64,000 bases of DNA, taken from the NCBI GenBank assembly GCA_016930055.1, contig JAFGHP010000082.1, positions 3-64,002 on the forward strand, in the 5' to 3' direction. Each line of letters begins with the position of its first letter. The stretch's first letter is position 1. The position numbers were made by a program, and so were the translations under genes. Positions 18,684 to 28,569 of the stretch are shown here, one piece after another. The notes under the pieces were generated by a model. It was not told the DNA's origin and made no database searches. It was given only the letters and a program-made list of their open reading frames with translations. Source of the stretch: Candidatus Bathyarchaeota archaeon (lineage in GTDB: Archaea; Thermoproteota; Bathyarchaeia; TCS64).

Positions 18684-21218
18684 TTAGCCCAGAAGAGCGT
18701 TGAATAATAATTTAAACGAAGCATCGCTTTGTGCTCTAAATTGTGGTGAAAATCCATAAAGCACTACTCTGCCTTTATCCATATTAACTTCAACCATAGC
18801 TGCTCGTCGGGATAGTTTTTCTTCACCATTCAGCCATCCACTTTCCATTATTCTTTCTTCAGGATAATTGAGAACAACATGGCTTTTATAGCTGTCTTTT
18901 CCTGGTCGGATTTCGAATGCAAGAGGTGAACGGAAAATGATTAATAGATCTTTTTGAACTCCCCAAGCTAATTGATTGTCAGAATCGACATTAACATGAA
19001 GTGTTGAACCCGGACAAGTAAATTCTGTTGGTTTAACATCAATCAACATGTTTTTTACTGGTAACTTAAACTCTTCAATTGCGAAGTTACTTGATTCATT
19101 AAGTGCGAGAACTGTTCCTCCATCTTTAATAAATTCTTTAACTTTATCAACACCCTCTTTACCAATCCCTGATTTGTAACCATCTGGCCATTTAGAAAAG
19201 GTCTGCATGCCTTGGAATCTTTTCTCATAATACTCTTCTATTCCTTCACCTGTTATCATCTGTTTACTATCTGATGGGAAAATTAACACATCGAGTTTGT
19301 TAATGAGTTTTCCTTTTTTAATGTCTTTATCGGTAACGGATTTGAAATTAAATCTATATTGTTCAAGTAACCAACGAGTCCAGCCTTCATCCATATTACC
19401 TCCATATAAGCGTTGATACATTCCTATTCGTAATAGTTTTGTTGGTTTTTCTGAAATCTCTTCAGATGGAGCAGCTTCAAATATTAAATGATATCTTCTG
19501 GCAAGCTTATTTAACTCTACTTTTACCTCAGAGCTACCAATGATGTGCCAAGAACCAATACCATAATTGTTTTCACCCACTTTAACAGGTTTTAGTAAAC
19601 GGCAAACTTCTATCCCTTTCCTTAAAAGCCTATTAATTGCAGCAAAAGCATCGTTTACATTTGAATCAACTAACCAGCCATTTGGAGCAGACTCAGCTAC
19701 ATCTCCCCTTGGGAATCTAAGAGAAGGCAAAGACTCGAAAGTGCCATCAAAAAAGTTTTGGACTTCATGTATTTTCACTCCCATAAACTCTGGTACAGTA
19801 TATGCAGCTAAATCATATGGAGTAATTGGTGTTCCATCAGCTCTTTTACTGTAAGGTCCTACACGGTAGAAAGTTCTTTTAAGTAAACTCATCAAATATG
19901 GTCTACATGTTTGCGAAGCAAATATGATGTAAGTTCCTCTAGGATAAGTTATACCATCCGCAACAAATTCTCTTTGACTTCTATTAACTTCGACGTTCAT
20001 GTCCATTAACATTTTAATAAATTTATATGCAGTTAATTCATCGTGTTGTGAAGGTTTTATAACAAAAGCGAAAGGTGGTTCAGTATTCCCTTTTGTAATG
20101 CTTCTTGTAGCTTTAATGTACATATTATTTAATATAGTTTCACGGAAACTTGAGACAGCTTGTAATAGTGCTATTGCGGAGGTTTTTTGTTGTTTCACAA
20201 TATCTCTTAGTGTCCACCATCCTCCAAGCCATGGGTGTGGGAAACCCATTTGAACATGATTCTCGGGACGCCCTCTGCTACTTCCTCGAAGCTGATGTGG
20301 ATGTACATATAATGGTGTTGCTAGACTAGCACTTGCTGATTCTGTTAGCATTCCACAAATATTATGCCAACAAGGAACATAATTGAAAGTTGGCATGAAT
20401 TCTCCAGGATAGGTTGCTGCTGATTCTATACCATAGCATCCGTTTTTCTCTAGTAAGACATGCATTAGACCACCATAGAGTTCCTGTTCGGTCCAAATTA
20501 ATGGGTCTACGTTTTCATCAACTGGGTTAGCAAAAGGCGGAATATAGTATCTAGCACCTGTTGAACCCATGTGATGGAAGTCAATATAAGCTTGAGGATG
20601 CCATTCTTTGTACATTATTTGACTCATGTATTTTGATTCAACCATTAGGTTAGTAATTGCATCCCGGTTGTTGTCATGACCAACATATTTATGATAAAGT
20701 TTAGGAGTCGAAAGCCCCTCATATTCGGTTCCTAGCCATTTATTATACCAGTCAGTAACAATAATTTGTCCATCGGGATTGAAGCTTGGAAACATTAGTA
20801 AAACAGTATTTTTTCTAACTTCTTCATACTCAGGAAGAGTGGCAAACTCATAAGCTAATTCAGGAGCCATCTGTGTGCCCCCAATTTCTGTAGCATGAAG
20901 ACTCATACTCATAGCTACAACAGTTTTACCTTTAGAGATGATTTCTTTAACTTCTTTTTCTTTCAGATCCTTAGGATGAGCAATATTATAACTCATTTCT
21001 CTAATTTTCTCTAAGTTTTTGATATTATCTGATGAAGAGATAATAACAAAAAGAAAGGGGTTACCTTCTGTTGTTTTACCTAATTCGGTAACTTCCACAC
21101 AAGGAGATTTGGAAAGTAAACCAAAATATTCTACAATTTTATCCCATCGTTCTAGTTTTCGATCTGCTCCCATTTTATGCCCAAAAAACTCTTCAGGTGA
21201 AATAATATATGATGACAT
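18684..21218 (-). CDS. M14-family zinc carboxypeptidase-like protein with C-terminal extension (paralog 2 of 3)
   Basis: 844 aa. HATEIGG, FNPDGQ, GHDNNRDA motifs. Long stretches are nearly identical to 34638-37160 (e.g. FNPDGQIIVTDWYNKWLGTEYEG) and the protein is colinear with 835-3327. Confidence 0.75.
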   Translation of the reverse strand: MSSYIISPEEFFGHKMGADRKLERWDKIVEYFGLLSKSPCVEVTELGKTTEGNPFLFVIISSSDNIKNLEKIREMSYNIAHPKDLKEKEVKEIISKGKTVVAMSMSLHATEIGGTQMAPELAYEFATLPEYEEVRKNTVLLMFPSFNPDGQIIVTDWYNKWLGTEYEGLSTPKLYHKYVGHDNNRDAITNLMVESKYMSQIMYKEWHPQAYIDFHHMGSTGARYYIPPFANPVDENVDPLIWTEQELYGGLMHVLLEKNGCYGIESAATYPGEFMPTFNYVPCWHNICGMLTESASASLATPLYVHPHQLRGSSRGRPENHVQMGFPHPWLGGWWTLRDIVKQQKTSAIALLQAVSSFRETILNNMYIKATRSITKGNTEPPFAFVIKPSQHDELTAYKFIKMLMDMNVEVNRSQREFVADGITYPRGTYIIFASQTCRPYLMSLLKRTFYRVGPYSKRADGTPITPYDLAAYTVPEFMGVKIHEVQNFFDGTFESLPSLRFPRGDVAESAPNGWLVDSNVNDAFAAINRLLRKGIEVCRLLKPVKVGENNYGIGSWHIIGSSEVKVELNKLARRYHLIFEAAPSEEISEKPTKLLRIGMYQRLYGGNMDEGWTRWLLEQYRFNFKSVTDKDIKKGKLINKLDVLIFPSDSKQMITGEGIEEYYEKRFQGMQTFSKWPDGYKSGIGKEGVDKVKEFIKDGGTVLALNESSNFAIEEFKLPVKNMLIDVKPTEFTCPGSTLHVNVDSDNQLAWGVQKDLLIIFRSPLAFEIRPGKDSYKSHVVLNYPEERIMESGWLNGEEKLSRRAAMVEVNMDKGRVVLYGFSPQFRAQSDASFKLLFNALLG

Positions 21219-21414
21219 GGATATTGAATAACGAATTCATTTAAAAAATCATCCATAAAAAAACGTTTTTTTTAAAGATTTTTAAGCTAATAAATAGGAT
21301 ATTGATAGAAAACAGCAATACAGAGTTTTTTTAAATAATTTAAATAATTTTAGTGATAGTGAATTATTTTAAAAAACCTATAACTATAATATAATCCATG
21401 AAATATTCGGAAAG

Positions 21415-21665
21415 GGTTAAACGGTTAGAATAAAAGAGTATTTTGCCCACTAAAGCGACGCACCATGCAGACGGACTCCACAGAGGGCTACCAGTGATGA
21501 TGGGGTTACCCAGTCATGGCACAAGTGGGTAGGGTAGGCGTCGAATATCCTTACAATTTGAGAGAGCTCAGCGGAGTGGAGCGTTAGCTCCATACTGTGA
21601 AGCTGTGTGTTTGTTGTAAGGGACAGGGACGCCTGCCCTCAAACCTTAAATTATTCGCATTCCCA
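21415..21665. ncRNA. GC-rich structured RNA, candidate RNase P RNA (strand and ends uncertain)
   Basis: ~250 nt island of ~55% GC in a ~30% GC background with no long ORF. Contains local hairpins (GGAGC-GUUA-GCUCC; CCAUG...CAUGG). A GGAAAG(G)GUU / AAACCUU pair and ACAG elements weakly resemble the RNase P P4/CR-I/CR-V region. Confidence 0.4.
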
Positions 21666-21691
21666 GGATCGATTATAACTAAGGGGATAGA

Positions 21692-22774
21692 ATGGATACA
21701 GATACTCGATTCAAGTTATGTACACAAAATCTTCAAGAGATAATAACGAAAGATGAATTATTGAATTTATTAAATACTAATGATAAACCAAGAGGCTATG
21801 TTGGTTTTGAGCCAAGTGGTATGATGCACGCAGGAACTGGTCTTATTGTTGGAAAAAAAATGAAAGACTATGTTGAAGCAGGATTTCATTTTATAATTTA
21901 TCTAGCGGAATGGCATGGGTGGATTAATAATAAACTTGGTGGAGATTTAGAGAATATTAAAGCAGGTGCTGAATATTTTAAAGACTGCTTCACAGCACTG
22001 GGTTTACCAGAAGGTAAAGTAGAATATTTATGGGCTTCAGATATTGTTAGTCACAAAGACTACTGGGAAAAAGTAGTTAGAGTTATGAAATCAATGACAA
22101 TGAAAAGAGCCTTAAGATCAATGCCTATTATGGGAAGATCAGCAGAATCAGAGGATGTAGAAGCTTCTTGGGTGCTTTATCCTGCTTTACAAACTTGCGA
22201 TATATTTCAAATGGATCTTGATGCAGCTTGTTCCGGTATGGATCAGAGGAAAGTACATATGCTAGCAAGAGAAATTGCTCCTAAATTAAATTTTAAAACA
22301 CCGATATGTCTCCATTCTCCTTTACTTCCAGGCTTACAGAATACAACTATTCAAGGTTCATTTGATGATGATGAAAAAATAAACCGTTCAATTACAACTA
22401 AAATGAGTAAAAGTGTAGCTAAGGGTGCAATATGGGTTAATGATGAACCCTCAGAAATAAGAGAAAAATATAAAGAAGCTTTTTGCCCACCTAAACAAAT
22501 TGAAGGAAATCCAGTACTTGATCATGCTCGTATGGTAATATTCCCACATTTAGGAAAATTTGAAGTAAAACGTCCTAGTAAATTTGGTGGAGATGTTAGT
22601 TTTGAAACTTTTGAAGAACTCGCTACAACCTATTCTAATGGAAAACTTCACCCAATGGATCTTAAAATGACAATCGCTGAAGATATGATAAAATTATTGG
22701 AACCAGTTAGGGAATATTTCAAGAAAAAACCAGAAAACCTTGAGATAATGCGTTCTATAAAAGTTACAAGATAA
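21692..22774 (+). CDS. tyrS: tyrosine--tRNA ligase (archaeal type)
   Basis: 360 aa class I aaRS. GFEPSG...H.G (HIGH-like) N-terminus and KMSKS motif (TTKMSKSVAKG). Confidence 0.85.
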   Translation: MDTDTRFKLCTQNLQEIITKDELLNLLNTNDKPRGYVGFEPSGMMHAGTGLIVGKKMKDYVEAGFHFIIYLAEWHGWINNKLGGDLENIKAGAEYFKDCFTALGLPEGKVEYLWASDIVSHKDYWEKVVRVMKSMTMKRALRSMPIMGRSAESEDVEASWVLYPALQTCDIFQMDLDAACSGMDQRKVHMLAREIAPKLNFKTPICLHSPLLPGLQNTTIQGSFDDDEKINRSITTKMSKSVAKGAIWVNDEPSEIREKYKEAFCPPKQIEGNPVLDHARMVIFPHLGKFEVKRPSKFGGDVSFETFEELATTYSNGKLHPMDLKMTIAEDMIKLLEPVREYFKKKPENLEIMRSIKVTR

Positions 22775-22778
22775 AAAA

Positions 22779-23783
22779 TTAGTAACCTAATTTATCAATT
22801 TTATTAACAAGATCCACTAGACGACAACTATAACCATATTCATTATCATACCATGCAACTACTTTTACTTGATTTCCAAGTACCATAGTACTAGTTGCAT
22901 CAACTATACTACTATGAGGATTATGGATATAATCAACACTTACTAATGGTTCATCATCTACTGTAAGTATTCCTTTAAGTTTCTTTTTTGCTACCTTTCT
23001 AAAAGTTTCATTTATCTCTTGTTTAGATACCTCTTTTTTAAGAATAGCATTAAAATCTACAAGACTTACATTAGGTACTGGGACACGGAACGCCATGCCA
23101 TCAAGCTTTCCATTGAGTTCAGGTATTACTTCACCAATTGCTGATGCTGCACCAGTAGTTGTCGGGATAATGCTTAATGCTCCTGCTCTCGCTCTACGAA
23201 GATCCTTATCTGCACGATCTAGTATCATTTGACTACTAGTATAAGCATGAATTGTAGTCATAAAACCTGTTTCAATACCATATGTATCGTTTAAAACTTT
23301 AGCTACCGGAGCAATACAATTTGTTGTACACGAAGCATTACTAATCAAGTGATGTTTTTTAGGATCATAAATTTCGTCATTAACACCCATAACTACTGTT
23401 AAATCAAGTTTCTTGCCAGGTGCTGCAACTACAACTTTTTTAGCTCCCGCTTTGAGATGTTTAGATGCACCTTCACGATCCTTAAACACATCACTTGATT
23501 CAATAACAACATCGATTCCTAGCTGCTTCCAAGGAAGCTTCTCAGGATCATTTTCCTTCAAAACTTTAACGGGTTTTTTATTAACTAATAAACTATCCTT
23601 ATCAACTTCAATTGGAAAAGGCGCTTTTCCATGCACACTATCATATTTTAATAAATGCGCAAGAATTTTAGCTTCTCCACGATTTATTGCTAAAACCTCA
23701 ATATCACTTTTTCTTTCGATCGCTGCGCGTAAAGCTAGACGACCAATTCTACCAAACCCGTTTATCGCGACTTTGATACCCAT
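22779..23783 (-). CDS. gap: glyceraldehyde-3-phosphate dehydrogenase, type I
   Basis: 334 aa. N-terminal INGFGRIGR Rossmann motif. Catalytic SNASCTTNC. Confidence 0.9.
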   Translation of the reverse strand: MGIKVAINGFGRIGRLALRAAIERKSDIEVLAINRGEAKILAHLLKYDSVHGKAPFPIEVDKDSLLVNKKPVKVLKENDPEKLPWKQLGIDVVIESSDVFKDREGASKHLKAGAKKVVVAAPGKKLDLTVVMGVNDEIYDPKKHHLISNASCTTNCIAPVAKVLNDTYGIETGFMTTIHAYTSSQMILDRADKDLRRARAGALSIIPTTTGAASAIGEVIPELNGKLDGMAFRVPVPNVSLVDFNAILKKEVSKQEINETFRKVAKKKLKGILTVDDEPLVSVDYIHNPHSSIVDATSTMVLGNQVKVVAWYDNEYGYSCRLVDLVNKIDKLGY

Positions 23784-23953
23784 CCGATAAACCTCATAGA
23801 TAATTATCTACCAGCTTCTTAAGAGTACCTCTAATCGACAAGGTTTTTATGCTTAGACACGACTGATTACGTGCGTCTACAGACGTAAATATCACTCTCA
23901 CCGCAGGGTGGATAACTAAAAAATATGTTACTCCTTGCACAAACATTGGCCTC

Positions 23954-25177
23954 ATGATCACCATAGGCATTGAAAGTTCAAACCTAGGTAGGCCCCAGAG
24001 GAAATTAGGGGTGCCTGCGGCTAGAGTGATATTAAAGAAGGCATCTGAGTTGCAGGCAGAAATGGAAAAAAAAGATCAATACACAGGAATAAAATATAAC
24101 ATTATTGCACAATTTGTTATTGAAGGTATTGTAGAAAAACACGATGTTATAGGAGCAATTTTTGGTCAGACTGAAGGATTATTTCCTAAAGATTTCGAGT
24201 TACGAGAATTACAAAGATCTGGTAAAATAGGTCGAATCGATATAGAATTAAAATCAGCTAATGATAAAACAACAGGTACTATTACCGTACCTAGTAGCCT
24301 CGATAAGCCAGAAACAGCTGTTATTGCAGCAGCTATGGAAACTGTTGATAGAGTAGGCCCATGTGAAGCAAAGGTAAACATTGAAAGTATCAGAGATATA
24401 CGAGTCGATAAATTAAAGCAAATTCAAGAAAGAGCTAAAGAATTAATGCGTGATTGGAAAGTAAAAGAAACCCATGATATAGAAGTAATGCTTGATCAAA
24501 TAAGTCAAGAAGATAAAAAAGTTGAACCAATACATTATGGACGTGAAAGGCTTACAGCTACACCGGATATTAGTAAACGAAAAGAAATAATTATTGTTGA
24601 GGGAAGAGCAGATATTATCAACCTTTTAAGAGCAGGAATAAGTGGAGCGATTGCTGTTGAAGGCGTCAAAATTCCAAAAACAATTAGGGACTTATCAAAA
24701 AAGGTTGAAATAACAGCATTTTTGGATGGAGATAGAGGAGGAGACCTTATATTAAAAGAGTTAATGCAAGTAGCAAAACCAAAATATGTTGCCAGAGCTC
24801 CCCGAGGATCTGAAGTTGAAGAATTAACTCCCGAACAAATCAAACAAGCTTTAGCAGGAAAAGTTCCAGTTGAAGAAGCTGTTGTTCCAATAACAAGTGA
24901 ATATGTAAATCTAGTAAAGGAACTTAAGGGTACACTAGAAGCGATACTTATTGGCAATGATGGGAAACAACTTTCACGTTTTCCAGTTGCAGAATTGGTT
25001 GAGAAACTAAAAGATACTAATGATATCCAAGCAGTTATTTTTGATGGGATAATCACTGGTAGATTGATAGATGTTGCAGTTGAGAAAAAAGTGAAAGCAA
25101 TAGTTGGAGATCGAATAGCAGAAGGTGCACGTATTCCAACAGGGATAGAACTAAAAATATTCAAAGAGATCTCTTAA
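23954..25177 (+). CDS. dnaG: DNA primase DnaG (archaeal Toprim type); true start probably at ~24062
   Basis: Conserved archaeal DnaG N-terminus (EGIVEKHDVIGAIFGQTEGLF) begins ~36 codons into the ORF. Toprim motif IIVEGRADIINLLRAGI...LDGDRGGDLI. The upstream ~250 nt are GC-rich and structured, consistent with a leader rather than coding. Confidence 0.85.
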   Translation: MITIGIESSNLGRPQRKLGVPAARVILKKASELQAEMEKKDQYTGIKYNIIAQFVIEGIVEKHDVIGAIFGQTEGLFPKDFELRELQRSGKIGRIDIELKSANDKTTGTITVPSSLDKPETAVIAAAMETVDRVGPCEAKVNIESIRDIRVDKLKQIQERAKELMRDWKVKETHDIEVMLDQISQEDKKVEPIHYGRERLTATPDISKRKEIIIVEGRADIINLLRAGISGAIAVEGVKIPKTIRDLSKKVEITAFLDGDRGGDLILKELMQVAKPKYVARAPRGSEVEELTPEQIKQALAGKVPVEEAVVPITSEYVNLVKELKGTLEAILIGNDGKQLSRFPVAELVEKLKDTNDIQAVIFDGIITGRLIDVAVEKKVKAIVGDRIAEGARIPTGIELKIFKEIS

Positions 25178-25190
25178 ATCTCAACTTTTT

Positions 25191-25796
25191 TTACTTTCTT
25201 AGTCGACGTCTAAGTGCTGGGTATTTATAAATTAAAGTATTAAAAACATCACTAAAACTTTCTTCAGGTGAAAGTTCTCTTTTTAAATAGACACCTGTAT
25301 GCCCAACTTTATTTCTTCTTAAAAGTGTTCTGACTCGCTCATTCACAATTTTGGGATCCACATTAAGAAGTTTAGCAACTTCTCCTTCTCTGCCAATTAT
25401 TTCAGATTCAACATGACCGTCTTTTGTTGGTTCAATTAACATTAACCTTTTATCAACTCCTAATACACGTTGACTTTCAAGCAATTGTTGAAGACTCAAA
25501 GATCCAGCAAACGTATAAAAATCCATTTCAGTTGATCTTAACGGAACAAGAGGAAAGGAATAAGAAGTCAATTCATCAAGAAATATGTACCCTTTAGCAG
25601 CATAATTGGGAGTAGCTTGTATTATTTGTCTTTGATTTGATTCAAATCCAGCTATTTCAATATTAGTTTCAATTATTTCTGGTGAAGGAGGGGAAGGAAA
25701 AAAAATATCTATATCACTTCCAAAATTTACATCACCTCTAGCAATACTACCATAAACTAAACAATCCGTATGTAATGATTGAAATTTAGACATCAA
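25191..25796 (-). CDS. nucleotidyltransferase-domain protein (Pol-beta superfamily), possibly with C-terminal HEPN/KNTase-like region
   Basis: 201 aa. YGSIARGDVNFGSDIDIFF matches the minimal NTase GS...D.D motif. C-terminal half contains an RRNKVGH (R-x4-6-H-like) element. Confidence 0.55.
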   Translation of the reverse strand: MMSKFQSLHTDCLVYGSIARGDVNFGSDIDIFFPSPPSPEIIETNIEIAGFESNQRQIIQATPNYAAKGYIFLDELTSYSFPLVPLRSTEMDFYTFAGSLSLQQLLESQRVLGVDKRLMLIEPTKDGHVESEIIGREGEVAKLLNVDPKIVNERVRTLLRRNKVGHTGVYLKRELSPEESFSDVFNTLIYKYPALRRRLRK

Positions 25797-25926
25797 TTTT
25801 ATAGCTTTTTCACGTAAACTAATTAATAAATTCCAATGAATTTCATCATAATTGATATAGATTTGGTCCAGGTACTACACCAAATAATAATAAGAAGCTC
25901 TGCTTATATCTCAACTTACTATATAT

Positions 25927-26778
25927 GTGATAACCTTGAATAATGATCCAATTATTACTCTATTCATTTTCGTTACATTATGGTTTATTTTTTATGGAAT
26001 TGTTAAAATAAAAAAACTAGAGAAGCCTGGTTTCCAAATGAATTCCTTTTATGCAATTTATAGCTCTACACGTTTAAATGGTTTCATCGAGAAAATAGCA
26101 AAATGGAATCCGAGGTTTTGGAATGTTTTTGGGAATTTAGGTATAGCAATGAGTATTGGTCAAGCATCTTTTGCTGCTTATATTTTATTTAGAAATTTGA
26201 TACGTTTTATTTGGACACCAGAGACTGCGAGTCCTGTTCAACCATTAATTCTCGGTGTTACCATTAGTTGGGAGAGTATCCCTTGGTTTTTATTAGCTGC
26301 TGGTATAGTTTTACTTACACACGAGATAAGTCATGGAATACAATGTTATGTTGAAGGAGTTCCAATTAAATCCTCAGCAATTTTAGTAGCAATAATAACC
26401 TTTGGAGGAGCAGTTGAGCCTGATGAAGAAGCAATAACGAATGCCAAAAAAATGAGTAAAATGAGGATATTCGCAGCTGGTAGTTTCATAAACTTAGTAA
26501 TCGGTTTATCAGTTATTCCAATTTTAATTTTATTTAACTCCTACTTACCAATACAATTTCAATTATTATTCACTTGGTTATATTTAATTTCAATAAATTT
26601 ATCAATAATGAATATGCTACCAATCGGTCCTTTAGATGGAGGACAAATGCTTAGAACAGCAACAATGAATCTTAAAAATGGGGGTCTTTATGAAAAAGCT
26701 TTCACTTTTGGATGTCTAGCTTTAATATGTGGTAATATTATGTTAAGTTTTGTTCACTTTGGTTTTGTTCAAATGTAA
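25927..26778 (+). CDS. site-2 protease family (M50) intramembrane metalloprotease
   Basis: 283 aa polytopic membrane protein with HEISHG (HExxH) in a TM segment and PIGPLDGGQM (LDG motif). Confidence 0.7.
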   Translation: MITLNNDPIITLFIFVTLWFIFYGIVKIKKLEKPGFQMNSFYAIYSSTRLNGFIEKIAKWNPRFWNVFGNLGIAMSIGQASFAAYILFRNLIRFIWTPETASPVQPLILGVTISWESIPWFLLAAGIVLLTHEISHGIQCYVEGVPIKSSAILVAIITFGGAVEPDEEAITNAKKMSKMRIFAAGSFINLVIGLSVIPILILFNSYLPIQFQLLFTWLYLISINLSIMNMLPIGPLDGGQMLRTATMNLKNGGLYEKAFTFGCLALICGNIMLSFVHFGFVQM

Positions 26779-26891
26779 CTAAACTTTGTTTTAAATCTAT
26801 TTATTAAAAAATATTTTATTAAATCAAGAGTTTATTAATAAAAATTATTTATTCTGCGTAATAGTTTTATCCATTGATACTAAGATATTTA

Positions 26892-27217
26892 TGCAGTGGC
26901 GGGTAGGACCGGGGAGCTAGCCCTGCCCCAAACCTCTAATGGGCTACAAGGGGGGTCAGTAACTTCAACGTGGATCTGAGGAAGCTTTGGGTGTGGAGCC
27001 AAGTTTTCCGTCGATATCCTGCCCCATGGGGCTAGCGGCTGTTTCATCCATTCTTGTAGAGGAATGGAGGAGCACTGAATGGGCGAACCTGGCCAGGCCC
27101 GGGAGGGAGCAACCTAAGTCTTAACGTTTGGCGCTCATGGGATCGTGGGATGGAGGAAGACGAAGCAAACCTACTCATAGCCAGTCAGTGAGACAGAGGG
27201 GGGCCGTCACTGCACCC
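26892..27217 (+). ncRNA. ffs: signal recognition particle RNA (7S/SRP RNA)
   Basis: ~325 nt GC-rich island. Contains the helix-8 signature CCAGGCCCGGGAGGGAGCAAC (bacterial GGUCCGGAAGGAAGCAGC, archaeal GCCCGGAAGGGAGCAAC). The 5' UGCAGUGGCGG pairs with 3' CCGUCACUGCA to close the long archaeal-type molecule. Confidence 0.8.
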
Positions 27218-27274
27218 ACTTTCATCCATCTCTTAAACATATAAGCTATGAAAAATATTTCATAATGAACAATC

Positions 27275-28567
27275 TTGAGCCAAGTTAAGGATTTCTTCTT
27301 TGATGAGTTTTATGCAGAATTACTTCAGATAATTACTTATATTAAAAATGAAAACGAAAAAATACAGAAAGGATCTATTCTATTTGAAGATTTAAAAAAT
27401 ATATGGGATGATTATAAAATCGTAGCAGAAGCGCCACAAGAATCTTTAATTGCTGTAGATGGAGGCGTTCAAATAAGTAATTTTGCGTATGGGGAATTTG
27501 TTGCTGTAGGAAGAGCATGTGCAATAATCCAAAGACATGGCCAAGATAGAAAATTGGAGAAGAAAGTTAAGGTATACATCGATAAAGTTTATGATAATAG
27601 AGACAAAGGATTCATACCTGGCTATGTTAGAACAATTTGCGAGTACGAAGCTGCCTACTCCGCTGCTTTACATGTGATTGAAGAAGGTGGAAATCCAGTT
27701 ATTCTATTAGATGGGAGTCTTTATTTCAGCAGGTTTCCTTATGCAATTAGGGAATATAGGCATCACCCGGTTCTTTTAAAAGAACTTTTCGATGCAATTT
27801 CTAAATTAAGATGTTTAGGGAGAGATATGGACATACCAATTATAGCAGTATCAAAAGATTCTTCTGTTTTTTATCTCTATATGGAACTTTTAAGAAAAAA
27901 GATCCAAAGAGAGGGAGAAAAAGATCTATTAAATTTGATTAAAGATGCCTCTACACCAATGGATCTTTGGGTTATATCCGAAAAATTAAATGATGATGAT
28001 AAAGAAGTATTGAAACCATTCATAGAAAGTAGACCTTTATGTGACACAAAATTAATAGAGTTTTCAAACATTGAAGAGGGATATTCTCAGCCATTATATG
28101 TTGCGCCAAGCATCTATTATTCAAGAGATAGAACAATACCAGCATTTTATAATCTGTTAGATAAAACACTTGAAAAAGAGACATCAAAAAAAATGAAAGA
28201 ATCCTTTGAAGCTTTTTTTGGATGCCCAGGAGTAGCTACAATTTACTGGAAACCAAAAGAGAATGCCCGTGTATTTAGAGTAGATATACTCTCATCAATA
28301 TTAGGGGATAATGAACCCTGGTCTGAAAAGAAAAGAAACGAGTTAATGCGGCATTATAATAAAGAACGTGTTGAAAAAATCTTATATCACTTAAATTATT
28401 GGTATTGTAATGATGTTGAGTATAATTTGCCACTTAAACAAGCCGATATGCTTGCCCGTTTTGATAGAAAATTATATCGAGATAAATATGAACCATTCAT
28501 TATCAGAAGGTTGGAAGAAGCAGGATTAGAGGTCAGAGGAACCCGTAGAATGCTTAGGGAGTTTTAA
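27275..28567 (+). CDS. nurA: NurA-like 5'-3' nuclease
   Basis: 430 aa. A LIAVDGGV motif sits near the position of the NurA IDGS catalytic motif. Located immediately upstream of herA-mre11-rad50. Confidence 0.55.
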   Translation: MSQVKDFFFDEFYAELLQIITYIKNENEKIQKGSILFEDLKNIWDDYKIVAEAPQESLIAVDGGVQISNFAYGEFVAVGRACAIIQRHGQDRKLEKKVKVYIDKVYDNRDKGFIPGYVRTICEYEAAYSAALHVIEEGGNPVILLDGSLYFSRFPYAIREYRHHPVLLKELFDAISKLRCLGRDMDIPIIAVSKDSSVFYLYMELLRKKIQREGEKDLLNLIKDASTPMDLWVISEKLNDDDKEVLKPFIESRPLCDTKLIEFSNIEEGYSQPLYVAPSIYYSRDRTIPAFYNLLDKTLEKETSKKMKESFEAFFGCPGVATIYWKPKENARVFRVDILSSILGDNEPWSEKKRNELMRHYNKERVEKILYHLNYWYCNDVEYNLPLKQADMLARFDRKLYRDKYEPFIIRRLEEAGLEVRGTRRMLREF

Positions 28568-28569
28568 AA

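Noticed and set aside
21415-21665. Possibility that the GC-rich island upstream of tyrS is a tRNA or a second SRP RNA.
   Set aside because: No acceptor/T-arm (GTTCRAATC-like) geometry could be folded. The SRP helix-8 signature is absent here and present at 26892-27217. Kept only as an RNase P or unknown ncRNA candidate.
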